Shown here: in pieces, positions 17,293 to 26,119 of the stretch | Layout: the number at the start of each line of letters is the position of its first letter | How positions within the stretch are numbered: position 1 is the stretch's first letter | Source: Dokdonella sp. | GTDB taxonomy: Bacteria; Pseudomonadota; Gammaproteobacteria; Xanthomonadales; Rhodanobacteraceae | Length of the DNA: 64,000 nucleotides | Assembly (NCBI RefSeq): GCF_016712865.1 | Contig: NZ_JADJQH010000004.1 | Strand: one strand, 5' to 3' | Position numbers and translations under genes: made by a program | Notes under the pieces: model-generated | What the model was told of the DNA's origin: nothing | The model's input: the letters and a program-made list of their open reading frames with translations, nothing else | The model's database searches: none

Positions 17293-19619
17293 GCGCTTCT
17301 CGCGCGGCCCTTGCGCGCCATCAGGATCGACAGGCAGAAATGGAAGCCGACGCCGAGGCTCACGGTGAGGCCGATCGCGCGCAACACCGGGATCGACGAC
17401 AGCGCGAGCAGGGCGAACACCAGCAGCGCCGAGATCACGCAGACCAGGGTGGCGTGCAGGGTGCGGCGCGCTTCGGCGGCATCCGGCGTGCTGCGTTCGA
17501 AGAACAGCGCGTAGTGCAGGCCCAGTCCAGCCGCCAGGGTCAGTGCCACCAGATGAAACAGCGACAAGGGCGTTCCGGCAAAACGCAGCACGGCCAGCAC
17601 GAGGATCGTGGCGAGCGTCATCGGTGCCAGCACATGCCAGGCGCGATGGACATCACGGAACGCGATGAACACGGTGAGCACCAGCAGCACGATGGCGATG
17701 CCGAAGGCGTGCAGGATGCGTTCGCGATAGGCCGCCACCAGCGATTCGGATGCACCCTTGATGTCGAGAAGGCGCACCGCACCGTTGCTTTCACGAGTCA
17801 GTTCCGCAAAGGCCTGCGCATCGTGCATGCCGATGATGCTGCCAAGGCCCAGCCAGTGATCGCCGCGCTTCACCAGCATCGCATCCAGGCGCGCACCGAG
17901 CGGTGACTTTGCATACATCGCGGGCGTCAGCGCCTCGAGTGTGCGTGCCTTGGCCACATCGGCAAGGAACGGCTCGAACAGATCCTCGCGAAATGGCAGC
18001 CCGGCACTGGCGGCTTGCAGCATGGCGGGGAGTTCCGCCGGATCCGGCAGCCGCGCTTGCCGTTGCCGTTGTGTCTCCACGCTCGGCAAGTAGCGACTCG
18101 GCAACTCCGCGCCATCCAGTACGCCGCGCGCGATCAATTCATCGATGCGCGGCGAGACGCGTTCGGATTCACGCAGCACGCCCTCGGCATCCTTGCCCTC
18201 GATAATCAGCAGGTAGCGCACGTCCGGTGCACCCAGCGCGGCGCGCAAGCGGCCCTCGCGTTGCAGCAAGTCCTTCGGCACCGGGGTCAGCGCGGCGAGA
18301 TCGTTCTGCCAGAACGGTGCCGGTGCCAGCCACAGCATGAGCGCGGCAAGCAGCAGCAACGCAGGCGGCAACCAGCGTGGTCGCGGCAATGCTTCCAGCC
18401 ATTCCCACACCCGGCCAAGGCCCGGTGTCTGCGCAGCGTCCCTGAATTTCTCCGGCAGCACGCGCGGCAACAGATAGCGCGTGGAAAACCCCGCCACCAG
18501 CAATCCGCTGATGGTGAACACGGCAAGCTGCATGAGGCCGGTCACGCCCGAGGCAAAGAAGGCGAGATAGGCAATGCAGGCCGAGGCAATCGCCGTCAGC
18601 AGCAGCGACCAGAGACCGCGCACGCTTTGCAGGGCGGATTCACCGGCACGCCGATGACTGAGCAGGCGGATTGGATATTCCTGGGCCACGCCCAGCAAGG
18701 TGAAACCAAAGGCCAGCGTGATGCCATGCATCTCGCCGAACATCAAGGCGATGGCAGCGACACCGGTCAGCGCGCCGGAGGCAATCGGCAATGCCGCCAG
18801 TCCAAGCACGGCCACGCTTCGATAGGCCAGCAGCAGGAGCAGGATGAATCCGATGGTGCTGATGCGGCCCAGCCATTCCGATTCCGCGCGCGTGCTCGCA
18901 TTCACCAGCACGGTGAAGTAGCCGGGACCGCTGATGGTGAGCTTGGCCTGGTCATTGGGCGTCGTGATCGAAGCAAACGCGGATTCCAGCGCGGCGATGG
19001 CCTCACCTTGCGCGGCGGGATCAAATCCGGCGGCGCGCGTCTGCACCAGCAGCAAGGCTTCATTCTCGGGAGAGAACCAGACGCCGTCGCGAACCTGCGG
19101 CGACTTCGGTGGTGACCATTGTTCGGCCAGGGCCAGCACTTCCAGGGTCGGATCCCGCGGCAGCAGCGGCTTGAGCAGGGTCGCTGCCGGTGAACCCAGG
19201 TCTTCCACCCGCTGCTGCAACTGGTCGGCCAGCACGGCTTCATCCAGCGGCTGCGCATCGAAGCTCGACGTCAGCAGATAGCGATAGGGCAGCCACTGCG
19301 AGTCAAGCATGTCGGCGTTGAACTCGCCGTTGATGACCTGGCTGAAATGCGCGTCGGCGCGCAACGTGCGCAGCAGCTCGCGGCTGAGTTGAGCGAGTCG
19401 ATCCATCTCGCCGCCACCAATGGCAAGCATCAGCAGACGCGAACCCGGACCTTCGCCAATCTGCTCCATCAGCAACTGCTGATCGGCGGTTTGTGCGGGC
19501 GGCATGAAGCTGCGCAGGTCGGTGCTGATGCGGATGCCGGTAATGCAGTACCAGGCCAGCAGCACGAGCGCGGCCAGCCACGCAAGCAGCAAGCCCAGCC
19601 GTCGCGCGCGCGCCGTCAC
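17289..19619 (-). CDS. MMPL/RND-type membrane exporter (APE/xanthomonadin exporter-like)
   Basis: 776 aa, two blocks of ~6 TM each separated by large loops, within a lipid/polyene gene context. Confidence 0.8.
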   Translation of the reverse strand: MTARARRLGLLLAWLAALVLLAWYCITGIRISTDLRSFMPPAQTADQQLLMEQIGEGPGSRLLMLAIGGGEMDRLAQLSRELLRTLRADAHFSQVINGEFNADMLDSQWLPYRYLLTSSFDAQPLDEAVLADQLQQRVEDLGSPAATLLKPLLPRDPTLEVLALAEQWSPPKSPQVRDGVWFSPENEALLLVQTRAAGFDPAAQGEAIAALESAFASITTPNDQAKLTISGPGYFTVLVNASTRAESEWLGRISTIGFILLLLLAYRSVAVLGLAALPIASGALTGVAAIALMFGEMHGITLAFGFTLLGVAQEYPIRLLSHRRAGESALQSVRGLWSLLLTAIASACIAYLAFFASGVTGLMQLAVFTISGLLVAGFSTRYLLPRVLPEKFRDAAQTPGLGRVWEWLEALPRPRWLPPALLLLAALMLWLAPAPFWQNDLAALTPVPKDLLQREGRLRAALGAPDVRYLLIIEGKDAEGVLRESERVSPRIDELIARGVLDGAELPSRYLPSVETQRQRQARLPDPAELPAMLQAASAGLPFREDLFEPFLADVAKARTLEALTPAMYAKSPLGARLDAMLVKRGDHWLGLGSIIGMHDAQAFAELTRESNGAVRLLDIKGASESLVAAYRERILHAFGIAIVLLVLTVFIAFRDVHRAWHVLAPMTLATILVLAVLRFAGTPLSLFHLVALTLAAGLGLHYALFFERSTPDAAEARRTLHATLVCVISALLVFALLALSSIPVLRAIGLTVSLGVGFHFCLSILMARKGRARSA

Positions 19620-20245
19620 CGGCTTGCGCTTCCCTGCCGGCAGGCTCGCTCAAGGCGCGCCTGCGTCAGCGGTTGCGGCAGCGGCTGCGCGGCCTGTTGT
19701 TCAACCAGCATGATGCTGGCGTCGCCATCGGCTTCGATGATGCTGAAGCAACGCGCAGCGCTGGCCTGGCCATCGACGGCAATGGCTTTGATGCGCCTCG
19801 CCAGGCGCGCATCGCGTGGTGCGAACTCAAGTCGCCAGTGATTGGCATCTGCGCTGCCGGCGATGTGGAAATGTTCCTCCAGGGCGGCCACGTCACCGCC
19901 CAGCAAGGCGCTGAAGCCGCGCAGGAAGCCATCCAGTTCGGGGACGCGCTCCAGCTCGATCCGGCGCGGCTTGCGCGAGCCACGCTGCACGGTCACCTCG
20001 CCATCGGCAATCGTGGTGGTTTCCTGATACGGCTCATCCACGCGCTTGCCGAGTCGGCCCGCACCCAGGTATTCCAATTCCCCGCGCGTCACCATCGGCC
20101 GGGAAAACATCTGCGAGAAGCGCACCTCAACGTAAGGCGTGCGTGCCGGAACCTCGCGCTTGAGTCCGCTGACCACGGCGCGCGCATCGAACTCAGCCGG
20201 GCTCGCCAGACACATGCCCGGCAGGCAGGCCAGCAGCAGCCACAT
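19616..20245 (-). CDS. LolA-like outer-membrane lipoprotein carrier family protein
   Basis: Start at ATG 20245 gives the signal peptide MWLLLACLPGMCLASPAEF (ATG 20272 is an alternative). Overlaps the end of the upstream acyltransferase ORF by ~50 nt. Confidence 0.65.
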   Translation of the reverse strand: MWLLLACLPGMCLASPAEFDARAVVSGLKREVPARTPYVEVRFSQMFSRPMVTRGELEYLGAGRLGKRVDEPYQETTTIADGEVTVQRGSRKPRRIELERVPELDGFLRGFSALLGGDVAALEEHFHIAGSADANHWRLEFAPRDARLARRIKAIAVDGQASAARCFSIIEADGDASIMLVEQQAAQPLPQPLTQARLERACRQGSASR

Positions 20246-21149
20246 CGTTCGCTTGCGGATTCCAGAAATCATAGAAATTGAACCAGTTGTAGGGATGGGC
20301 ACGCACGTGGTGTTCGAGGCGTTGCGCGTAGCGTTGCACGAATGCACGCAATTCCGCTTCCTTGCCGCGCCTGGGCAGGTCCAGTTGTTCAGCCAGCGTC
20401 TCGAAAACCAGGTCGTAGCCGCGCCCGCCGCGATAGAAACCAAGGCACAGCACCACCGGCACCTTGAGCATGCTGGCGATCAGGAAGGGTGCGACCGGAA
20501 AGGCTGCCGCTGCGCCGAGAAACTCCACGCTGACCGTGGCTTCTCCGGGCCGCGCACGATCACCGAGCAGGGTCGCCAGTGCACCTTCCTGCATGGCATC
20601 GTGCAGGGCAAACACCACTTCGTGGCCGGGCCGCGATGCATCAATCACATTGTTGGCAATGCCCGGATTCAAGGCATGCAGCAGCTCGGTCATGGCCGGC
20701 GTCTGCTGGGTGTCGAGCACCACGCGCACTTTCACATCCGGCCGCTGCACCGAGAGCGAGCGCAGCACTTCGAAGCTGCCCACATGGGCACCGAGCAGCA
20801 GCATGCCGCGATCCGGCCGCATCTGCGCGTGCAGCTCGTCGATGCCCGCAATGCGGATGTCGAACTCCGTGAGGTCGCGGGTCAAAAGGTAAATGCGATC
20901 AAGCAAGGTGGCGGCGAAGCAATGGATGTGGCGCATCACCATCCACGCACTGGCCGGGCGACCAAACATGCGCTTGAGGTAATCGCGCGAGGCTCGGCGC
21001 TCACGACCGCGACGCAGGTAGAAATACAAGGTGATGGGATACAACAACAATCGCGAACAGGTTCTTCCACACTTGAGGCCGATGCTGCGGATCAACCACA
21101 AGGCAAAACGGCCGCCTCCCTCGCGATGTTCGCTCCAATGGTCGCTCAT
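20193..21149 (-). CDS. LpxL/HtrB-like lysophospholipid/lipid A acyltransferase family protein (APE cluster type)
   Basis: 318 aa. N-terminal membrane anchor, GAHVGSFE (HX4D/E-like region), C-terminal HPYNWFNFYDFW. Confidence 0.75.
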   Translation of the reverse strand: MSDHWSEHREGGGRFALWLIRSIGLKCGRTCSRLLLYPITLYFYLRRGRERRASRDYLKRMFGRPASAWMVMRHIHCFAATLLDRIYLLTRDLTEFDIRIAGIDELHAQMRPDRGMLLLGAHVGSFEVLRSLSVQRPDVKVRVVLDTQQTPAMTELLHALNPGIANNVIDASRPGHEVVFALHDAMQEGALATLLGDRARPGEATVSVEFLGAAAAFPVAPFLIASMLKVPVVLCLGFYRGGRGYDLVFETLAEQLDLPRRGKEAELRAFVQRYAQRLEHHVRAHPYNWFNFYDFWNPQANDVAAAGLPAGHVSGEPG

Positions 21150-21448
21150 GCGAGATTCGCCTCGCCGTCGGCCAGCAGCTCATCGCCGCGGGTGACGCGG
21201 AAGCGCAAGCGATCAGCATTGACGCTCACCTGCATGTTGGCCTGTTCACCCGGAAGCAGTGGCGCGCGGAACTTGACCGTAGTCAGCTGGCACAGGCGCC
21301 CCAGTTTCCTTGCTTCAACTCTCGCCGCCAAGCGGTCCAGCAGGATCACGCCAGCCACAACCGGTTGCTCGGGAAAGTGGCCGGGCAGGCTCGGATGAGC
21401 GGCGTCGATGCGCAACACCTCGCTCCATTCCTGGCTCGCGATGGTCAT
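21146..21448 (-). CDS. Small FabA/FabZ-like hotdog dehydratase
   Basis: 100 aa. HPSLPGHFPEQPVVAGVILLD matches the FabZ-type H-x-x-F...P-G motif. 4-nt overlap downstream. Confidence 0.7.
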   Translation of the reverse strand: MTIASQEWSEVLRIDAAHPSLPGHFPEQPVVAGVILLDRLAARVEARKLGRLCQLTTVKFRAPLLPGEQANMQVSVNADRLRFRVTRGDELLADGEANLA

Positions 21449-21450
21449 GC

Positions 21451-22164
21451 TCAGGATTTCCGCTCGCCAGGCAAAGCCGCATCACGCAAGAGCTGCGGCC
21501 AGTTGCGCACCAGCTGGCGCAGGAATCGCTGCGGTGATGCGTGCGGAAGTTTGCGGAAATGCCAGCGCCTGAATGTGTACTCGCAGATCATGAACACGAT
21601 CGGCAGCAGGTATCCGCCGACATGCTGCCAGCCCACCGCCCATGCGCGCGCGGGTGATTCCGCGGGCAATGTCGGTAACCACCAGAATTGCAGGGCGATG
21701 AACAGCACCAGCTGGGCGCAGAAGATCAGCGTCCACGCCAGCGTGAGCCACCGCGCGTAGACCGCAATGCCGGGAAGGCGCAGGCGCTCGACGCCTTCGA
21801 TGGCGATGATGGCGCGCGCGATCATCGGCGTATGCGGTGCGCGCAACGAATGTGCAAACAACGCGGCAAGCCCGAGATTGACCACGATCGGCACCAGATC
21901 CAGCACCAGATGGGCTTGCCCTGCGCGCGTGAGCACAGCGACCGCAACCACCAGCGCAATCCAGGTCAGCCACGCGGATGGGCGGCGTGCCTCAAGTCCG
22001 GGCAGCAGCACGACACTGATCAGCAATACCAGGCACACCGCCGCCAGCACGTCGCTGGCCGTGAGCCAGGTGATCAACAACAGGATGATGTAGCCCAGGA
22101 TCGCCGCGCGTATGCGCAAACCGGCCGGCCAGGTGGATGCGTTGGGTTCGGCAGGTTCTTTCAT
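21451..22164 (-). CDS. Integral membrane protein of unknown function (APE-cluster associated)
   Basis: 237 aa, ~6 hydrophobic segments, first gene of the leftward operon. 3-nt gap to the next gene. Confidence 0.65.
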   Translation of the reverse strand: MKEPAEPNASTWPAGLRIRAAILGYIILLLITWLTASDVLAAVCLVLLISVVLLPGLEARRPSAWLTWIALVVAVAVLTRAGQAHLVLDLVPIVVNLGLAALFAHSLRAPHTPMIARAIIAIEGVERLRLPGIAVYARWLTLAWTLIFCAQLVLFIALQFWWLPTLPAESPARAWAVGWQHVGGYLLPIVFMICEYTFRRWHFRKLPHASPQRFLRQLVRNWPQLLRDAALPGERKS

Positions 22165-22292
22165 CCGTCAGTGCAAGCCGCCATCCCCGAAAACGGGGCG
22201 GAAATGTACCATGCCCGCTTGCGCCCGCGCCTCGGGCCACACCGTGCGAGCGCCGCGTGCCTGCCCCCTTGTCCTTGCTTTGACGGATTTCC

Positions 22293-23612
22293 ATGGATTC
22301 CACTCTTGATTGCGATGTTCTGGTTGTCGGCGGCGGTCCTGCCGGATCCTCAAGCGCGATTGCGCTGGCCGCACACGGCTGGCGCGTACTGCAACTGGAA
22401 AAGGATCGCCATCCGCGCTTCCACATCGGCGAATCCTTGCTGCCTTGCAACCTGCCGATCTTCGAGAAACTCGGCGTGCTGGAGAAGGTTCGCGCACTGG
22501 GCGTAACCAAGCACGGCGCCGATTTTCCCGGCGAGCAGGGCAACTACCAGACCTTCCATTTCCGTCGAGCACTTGGCAACTCGCCGCCACACGCATTCCA
22601 GGTCAAGCGCGAGGAGTTCGACCAGATGCTGTTCGATCATGCGCGCGAATGCGGGGTCGATGCGCGCGAGCAGGTCAAGGTCGAAGGCATCGAGGTTTCC
22701 GGCATCGATGCGGTGCACGCCACGGCACGCGCTGCCGATGGCAGCCCGATCACCATCCGCGCACGCTATCTCGTCGATGCCAGTGGCCGCGATACCCTGC
22801 TTGGCAACAAGCTCAAGATCAAGCGCAAGAACGACAAGCACCAGAGCGCGGCGATCTTTGCCCATTTCAACGGCGTCGAACGACGACCCGGCGAGGATGC
22901 AGGCAACATCAGCATCTACAACTTCGAGTTTGGCTGGTGCTGGTTCATCCCGCTGCGCGATGGCGTGATGAGCGTAGGCTGCGTGTGCTGGCCGGAATAC
23001 CTCAAGCAGCGCAAGGGCGAAAACGAGGCGTTCCTGATGTCAACGCTCAAGCGCATGCCGGATGCCTGGCGACGCATGCAGGGCGCCAGCATGAGCGGTT
23101 CGGTTCGCGTCACCGGCAATTATTCCTATCAATGCTCGCGCATGACCGGACCCGGCTGGATCATGGCCGGTGATGCGTGGGCATTCGTGGACCCGGTTTT
23201 TTCCTCGGGCGTTTACCTGGCCATGCACAGTGGCCTGCGCTGTGCCGACGTGGTGGATTCCGCACTGCGCGAACCGGCCAGTGAGGCGCGCATGCAGCGC
23301 GCGTTCGACGCACGCATCCGCCGTGGCGTGCGCGCGTTCTCCTGGTTCATCTACCGCTTCAACTCACCGGTCATGCGCGGCCTGTTTGCCGCCCCGCGCA
23401 ATGTGCTGCGCCTGGAGGATGGCGTGATCTCGATGCTGGCCGGCGACGTGTTCGACGATGCACGCGTGCGCCTGCGCCTGCGCATGTTCCAGGTGCTGTA
23501 TGCCATCGCCAGCGTCTTTACGTTGCGCGGCTGGCTCGCCGAGTTGCGCGCACGACGCACACAGGCGCAGAGTCGGTTCAGCGGCGGCACCACGCCGGTC
23601 GACCCGGCCTGA
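22293..23612 (+). CDS. Flavin-dependent halogenase family protein (halogenase 1)
   Basis: GxGxxG (VVGGGPAGSSSA), WxWxIP signature (GWCWFIPL), FxxPxxSxG (FVDPVFSSG). Confidence 0.8.
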   Translation: MDSTLDCDVLVVGGGPAGSSSAIALAAHGWRVLQLEKDRHPRFHIGESLLPCNLPIFEKLGVLEKVRALGVTKHGADFPGEQGNYQTFHFRRALGNSPPHAFQVKREEFDQMLFDHARECGVDAREQVKVEGIEVSGIDAVHATARAADGSPITIRARYLVDASGRDTLLGNKLKIKRKNDKHQSAAIFAHFNGVERRPGEDAGNISIYNFEFGWCWFIPLRDGVMSVGCVCWPEYLKQRKGENEAFLMSTLKRMPDAWRRMQGASMSGSVRVTGNYSYQCSRMTGPGWIMAGDAWAFVDPVFSSGVYLAMHSGLRCADVVDSALREPASEARMQRAFDARIRRGVRAFSWFIYRFNSPVMRGLFAAPRNVLRLEDGVISMLAGDVFDDARVRLRLRMFQVLYAIASVFTLRGWLAELRARRTQAQSRFSGGTTPVDPA

Positions 23613-23628
23613 GAACCCCGAGCGCAGC

Positions 23629-24309
23629 ATGCCCAGTGCTATCCAGCGCCTGCACGTGGATGCCGTCGAGCCGGGATCATCATGGCCGCATTTGGCGGAC
23701 GACGAGGTGCACCTGTGGCTGGAGCAACTTGCGCCGCCCGCTTCGGCACGCGAGGTTTCGGCGTTCGGTCGCCAGCGCCTGGGCCAGCTGCTCCGGCACT
23801 ACTCGGGCATCGATGCCACACCGGACTTGATGCACAACGAACATGGCAAGCCGCAGCCCGGCATCGACTGCTACCCGCGATTCAACATCAGCCATGCCGG
23901 GCCGATGCTGGCCCTGGGCTTTGCCAGGAGCTTGGAGATCGGCGTCGACATCGAGAATGCGCAGCGATCCATGCGCAGCCACGAACTTGCCAGCCGCTTC
24001 TTCACCCGCGCCGAAGCCGACGCGCTGGCGGAATTCGCAGAACCCTTGCGCGCGCTGGGATTCATGCGCCTGTGGACGTGCAAGGAAGCCGTGCTCAAGG
24101 CGATTGGCCGGGGACTTTCGTTTGGCCTTGATCGGCTGGCCTTCGACTTCGACGCGGATGCATGGCCGCAATCGCTGCTGCACATTGCTGATGAGGCAGG
24201 CCCCGCAAGCGACTGGCAACTTCACCAGTTTGAAGTCGACGCCACGCATGTGGGCAGCCTGGCCTGGTGCGGCCCGCCACGGCGGATTCGCGTGCTAAGG
24301 AAACCCTGA
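23629..24309 (+). CDS. 4'-phosphopantetheinyl transferase (Sfp type)
   Basis: FNISHAGPMLALGF, GVDIE, WTCKEAVLKAIG motifs. The stop codon lies inside family A repeat copy 2. Confidence 0.85.
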   Translation: MPSAIQRLHVDAVEPGSSWPHLADDEVHLWLEQLAPPASAREVSAFGRQRLGQLLRHYSGIDATPDLMHNEHGKPQPGIDCYPRFNISHAGPMLALGFARSLEIGVDIENAQRSMRSHELASRFFTRAEADALAEFAEPLRALGFMRLWTCKEAVLKAIGRGLSFGLDRLAFDFDADAWPQSLLHIADEAGPASDWQLHQFEVDATHVGSLAWCGPPRRIRVLRKP

Positions 24310-24401
24310 ACAAGTACGGAATTCAATCGTCGCGAGCAAGCTCGCTCCCACAAAATCAAGCAAGGGTGGGAGCGAGCTTGCTCGCGACAATACTTGTTCA
24401 G
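24306..24401. repeat. 96-nt palindromic intergenic element, family A, copy 2
   Basis: Near-identical to 3646-3741. Lies between the convergent PPTase and ACP genes. Confidence 0.85.
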
Positions 24402-24453
24402 ACCTTCCTTGAGGCAACGCTGATCAAGTGACGCAGCTGGTTTTCACGAGCTG

Positions 24454-24744
24454 TCAGCCGGGACGATGCTTTTCCACATGGGCCGACAACGCGCGCAGGC
24501 TGCCGAAGATCTGCCGGTTGTCCGGATTGTCTGAGCGCAGCTGGAAGCCGTAGTGCTTGGATATGGCCAGCGCCAACTCCAGGGCATCGATTGAATCCAG
24601 GCCCAGGTCACCTTCGCCGAACAAGGGTGCCTCTGGATTGATGGCCGCCGCCTCGATGCCTTCGATATTGAGACTGTTGACCAGCAATGCGGCCAACTCC
24701 TGTTCGGCGGGGGTCTGTGCACTATCGGTCACGGTGGATTCCAT
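24454..24744 (-). CDS. Acyl carrier protein (APE-type)
   Basis: ATG 24744 (MESTVTDSAQ...). Phosphopantetheine site GDLGLDSIDALEL. Confidence 0.85.
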   Translation of the reverse strand: MESTVTDSAQTPAEQELAALLVNSLNIEGIEAAAINPEAPLFGEGDLGLDSIDALELALAISKHYGFQLRSDNPDNRQIFGSLRALSAHVEKHRPG

Positions 24745-24836
24745 GGCTGCCTGGGTCGGTGCGGCAAGGCGGCGCAGTGTATCATCCGCGACCGCCCGAC
24801 TATCCGCAGCGTACTGCTGCAAGCCATTTGCAAAAC

Positions 24837-25844
24837 GTGTCGTCCACCGAATCGCTCCCGTCGCAGAGTTCCCAGATCCTTCCCCGACTGCAGGCGGAAT
24901 ACGTGCATGCCTCCGCCGAACAGGTGCTGGCCGCGGACGACGTGCTCGCCGTGATCGGATTCGCCGATGCGCCAGCGCAGTTGGATGATCCGCGCTATCT
25001 GCGGGTTGACCTGCAATCCGATGGCCCTACCCCTCTGGAGGTTTGGCGAACTGGAGCGGGTGTGCGCAGCGGACGCCACGGCGCACTGAACTGGAGTTGC
25101 GCGCAGGACTACCTTTTCTTTTCGATCGAAGTCGACGAGCAGCGTGCCGGCGGCGTGGCCGCAGCCGCCGAACAGGCCTATGCGGAAATCGGTGGCTGGC
25201 TGGAAACCCATCCGTTGCCGGATGCGCGCCCCGCGCATGTGCTGCGCCTGTGGAATTACCTGGATGCCATCAACGAAGGCGAGGGCGACGACGAACGTTA
25301 CCGGCAATTCTGTCGCGGTCGTGCGCGCGGCATTGTCGGGGTCGCCCGCGCGGGATACTCGGCGGCAACCGCCATCGGTCGTCGCGATGGCCGGCGCGTG
25401 TTGCAGGTCTATGGCCTGGCCGCGGGAGTTGCCGGCACGGCCATCGAGAATCCCCGCCAGGTCAGCGCCTGGACATACCCGCGCCAGTACGGGCCGGTGG
25501 CCCCCACTTTTGCCAGGGCAACGCGAACCGGCGCCAATCAGCTGCTGATCTCGGGAACCGCTGCGGTGGTCGGCCACCAGTCGCAACATGTCGGCGATAC
25601 CCTGGCCCAGCTCGACGAGACCTTGCGCAACCTGGACAGCCTGCATGCCGCCGCCGGTGCGGAAATCGCCGCGCGCGGCATGGCGGCGAGCCTGCTCAAG
25701 GTTTACCTGCGCGACCCGAACGACAAGATTGCGGTGGCCGACACCCTCGCGCGCCACCGCCCGGCCCTCAGCACGCCGTTGGTCCTGTTTGGCGACATCT
25801 GCCGCGACGATCTGTGCATCGAGATCGACGGCATCCAGGGCTAG
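24837..25844 (+). CDS. xanB2: Chorismatase, FkbO/Hyg5 family (XanB2-like hydroxybenzoate synthase)
   Basis: LRLWNYLDAINEGEGDDERYRQFCRGR, AIENPRQVSAWTYP, FARATR...LLISGTAAVVGHQSQH (RidA/YjgF-like C-domain). Start tentatively GTG 24837. Divergent from the ACP gene. Confidence 0.75.
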   Translation: MSSTESLPSQSSQILPRLQAEYVHASAEQVLAADDVLAVIGFADAPAQLDDPRYLRVDLQSDGPTPLEVWRTGAGVRSGRHGALNWSCAQDYLFFSIEVDEQRAGGVAAAAEQAYAEIGGWLETHPLPDARPAHVLRLWNYLDAINEGEGDDERYRQFCRGRARGIVGVARAGYSAATAIGRRDGRRVLQVYGLAAGVAGTAIENPRQVSAWTYPRQYGPVAPTFARATRTGANQLLISGTAAVVGHQSQHVGDTLAQLDETLRNLDSLHAAAGAEIAARGMAASLLKVYLRDPNDKIAVADTLARHRPALSTPLVLFGDICRDDLCIEIDGIQG

Positions 25845-26119
25845 GAGCCTCCGCGAGATCCACCTGGGTTGCCGCTGCTGGGTCAAGGCAACGCCAAACA
25901 CCGGGTTTTGTGCGTGGCAGCATGCATGCGCGTTCCTGGACAGGCACGCTTCACCTGCAGGGATTATGCTATCGAGCGAATTGTGCGGCACGTCACACTT
26001 GCGGCGTGCCCAGTCCACCGTTTTCGATGTTCGGCGTTGTGCGAAATTGTCGTCACCGGCGGAGGGGGTTTTTGACCGCTGGCAACTTTACCACTGGCGC
26101 AAGGCGCCTCGGAGACACC

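Noticed and set aside
25915-25929. Sigma54-like box TGGCAG-N5-ATGC upstream of the kinase gene.
   Set aside because: Both the -24 and -12 elements deviate from consensus (TGGCAC / TTGC), no enhancer-like palindrome is nearby, and it lies 190 nt from the start. This is indistinguishable from chance in GC-rich DNA.
25043-26119. The N-terminal 359 codons of the 1018-aa ORF that ends as the Ser/Thr kinase.
   Set aside because: This part overlaps the xanB2-like gene in another frame and is Arg/Pro/Gly-rich with no motifs. The kinase domain starts right after ATG 26120, which has its own GGAGA. It is a typical open-frame artefact of high-GC DNA.
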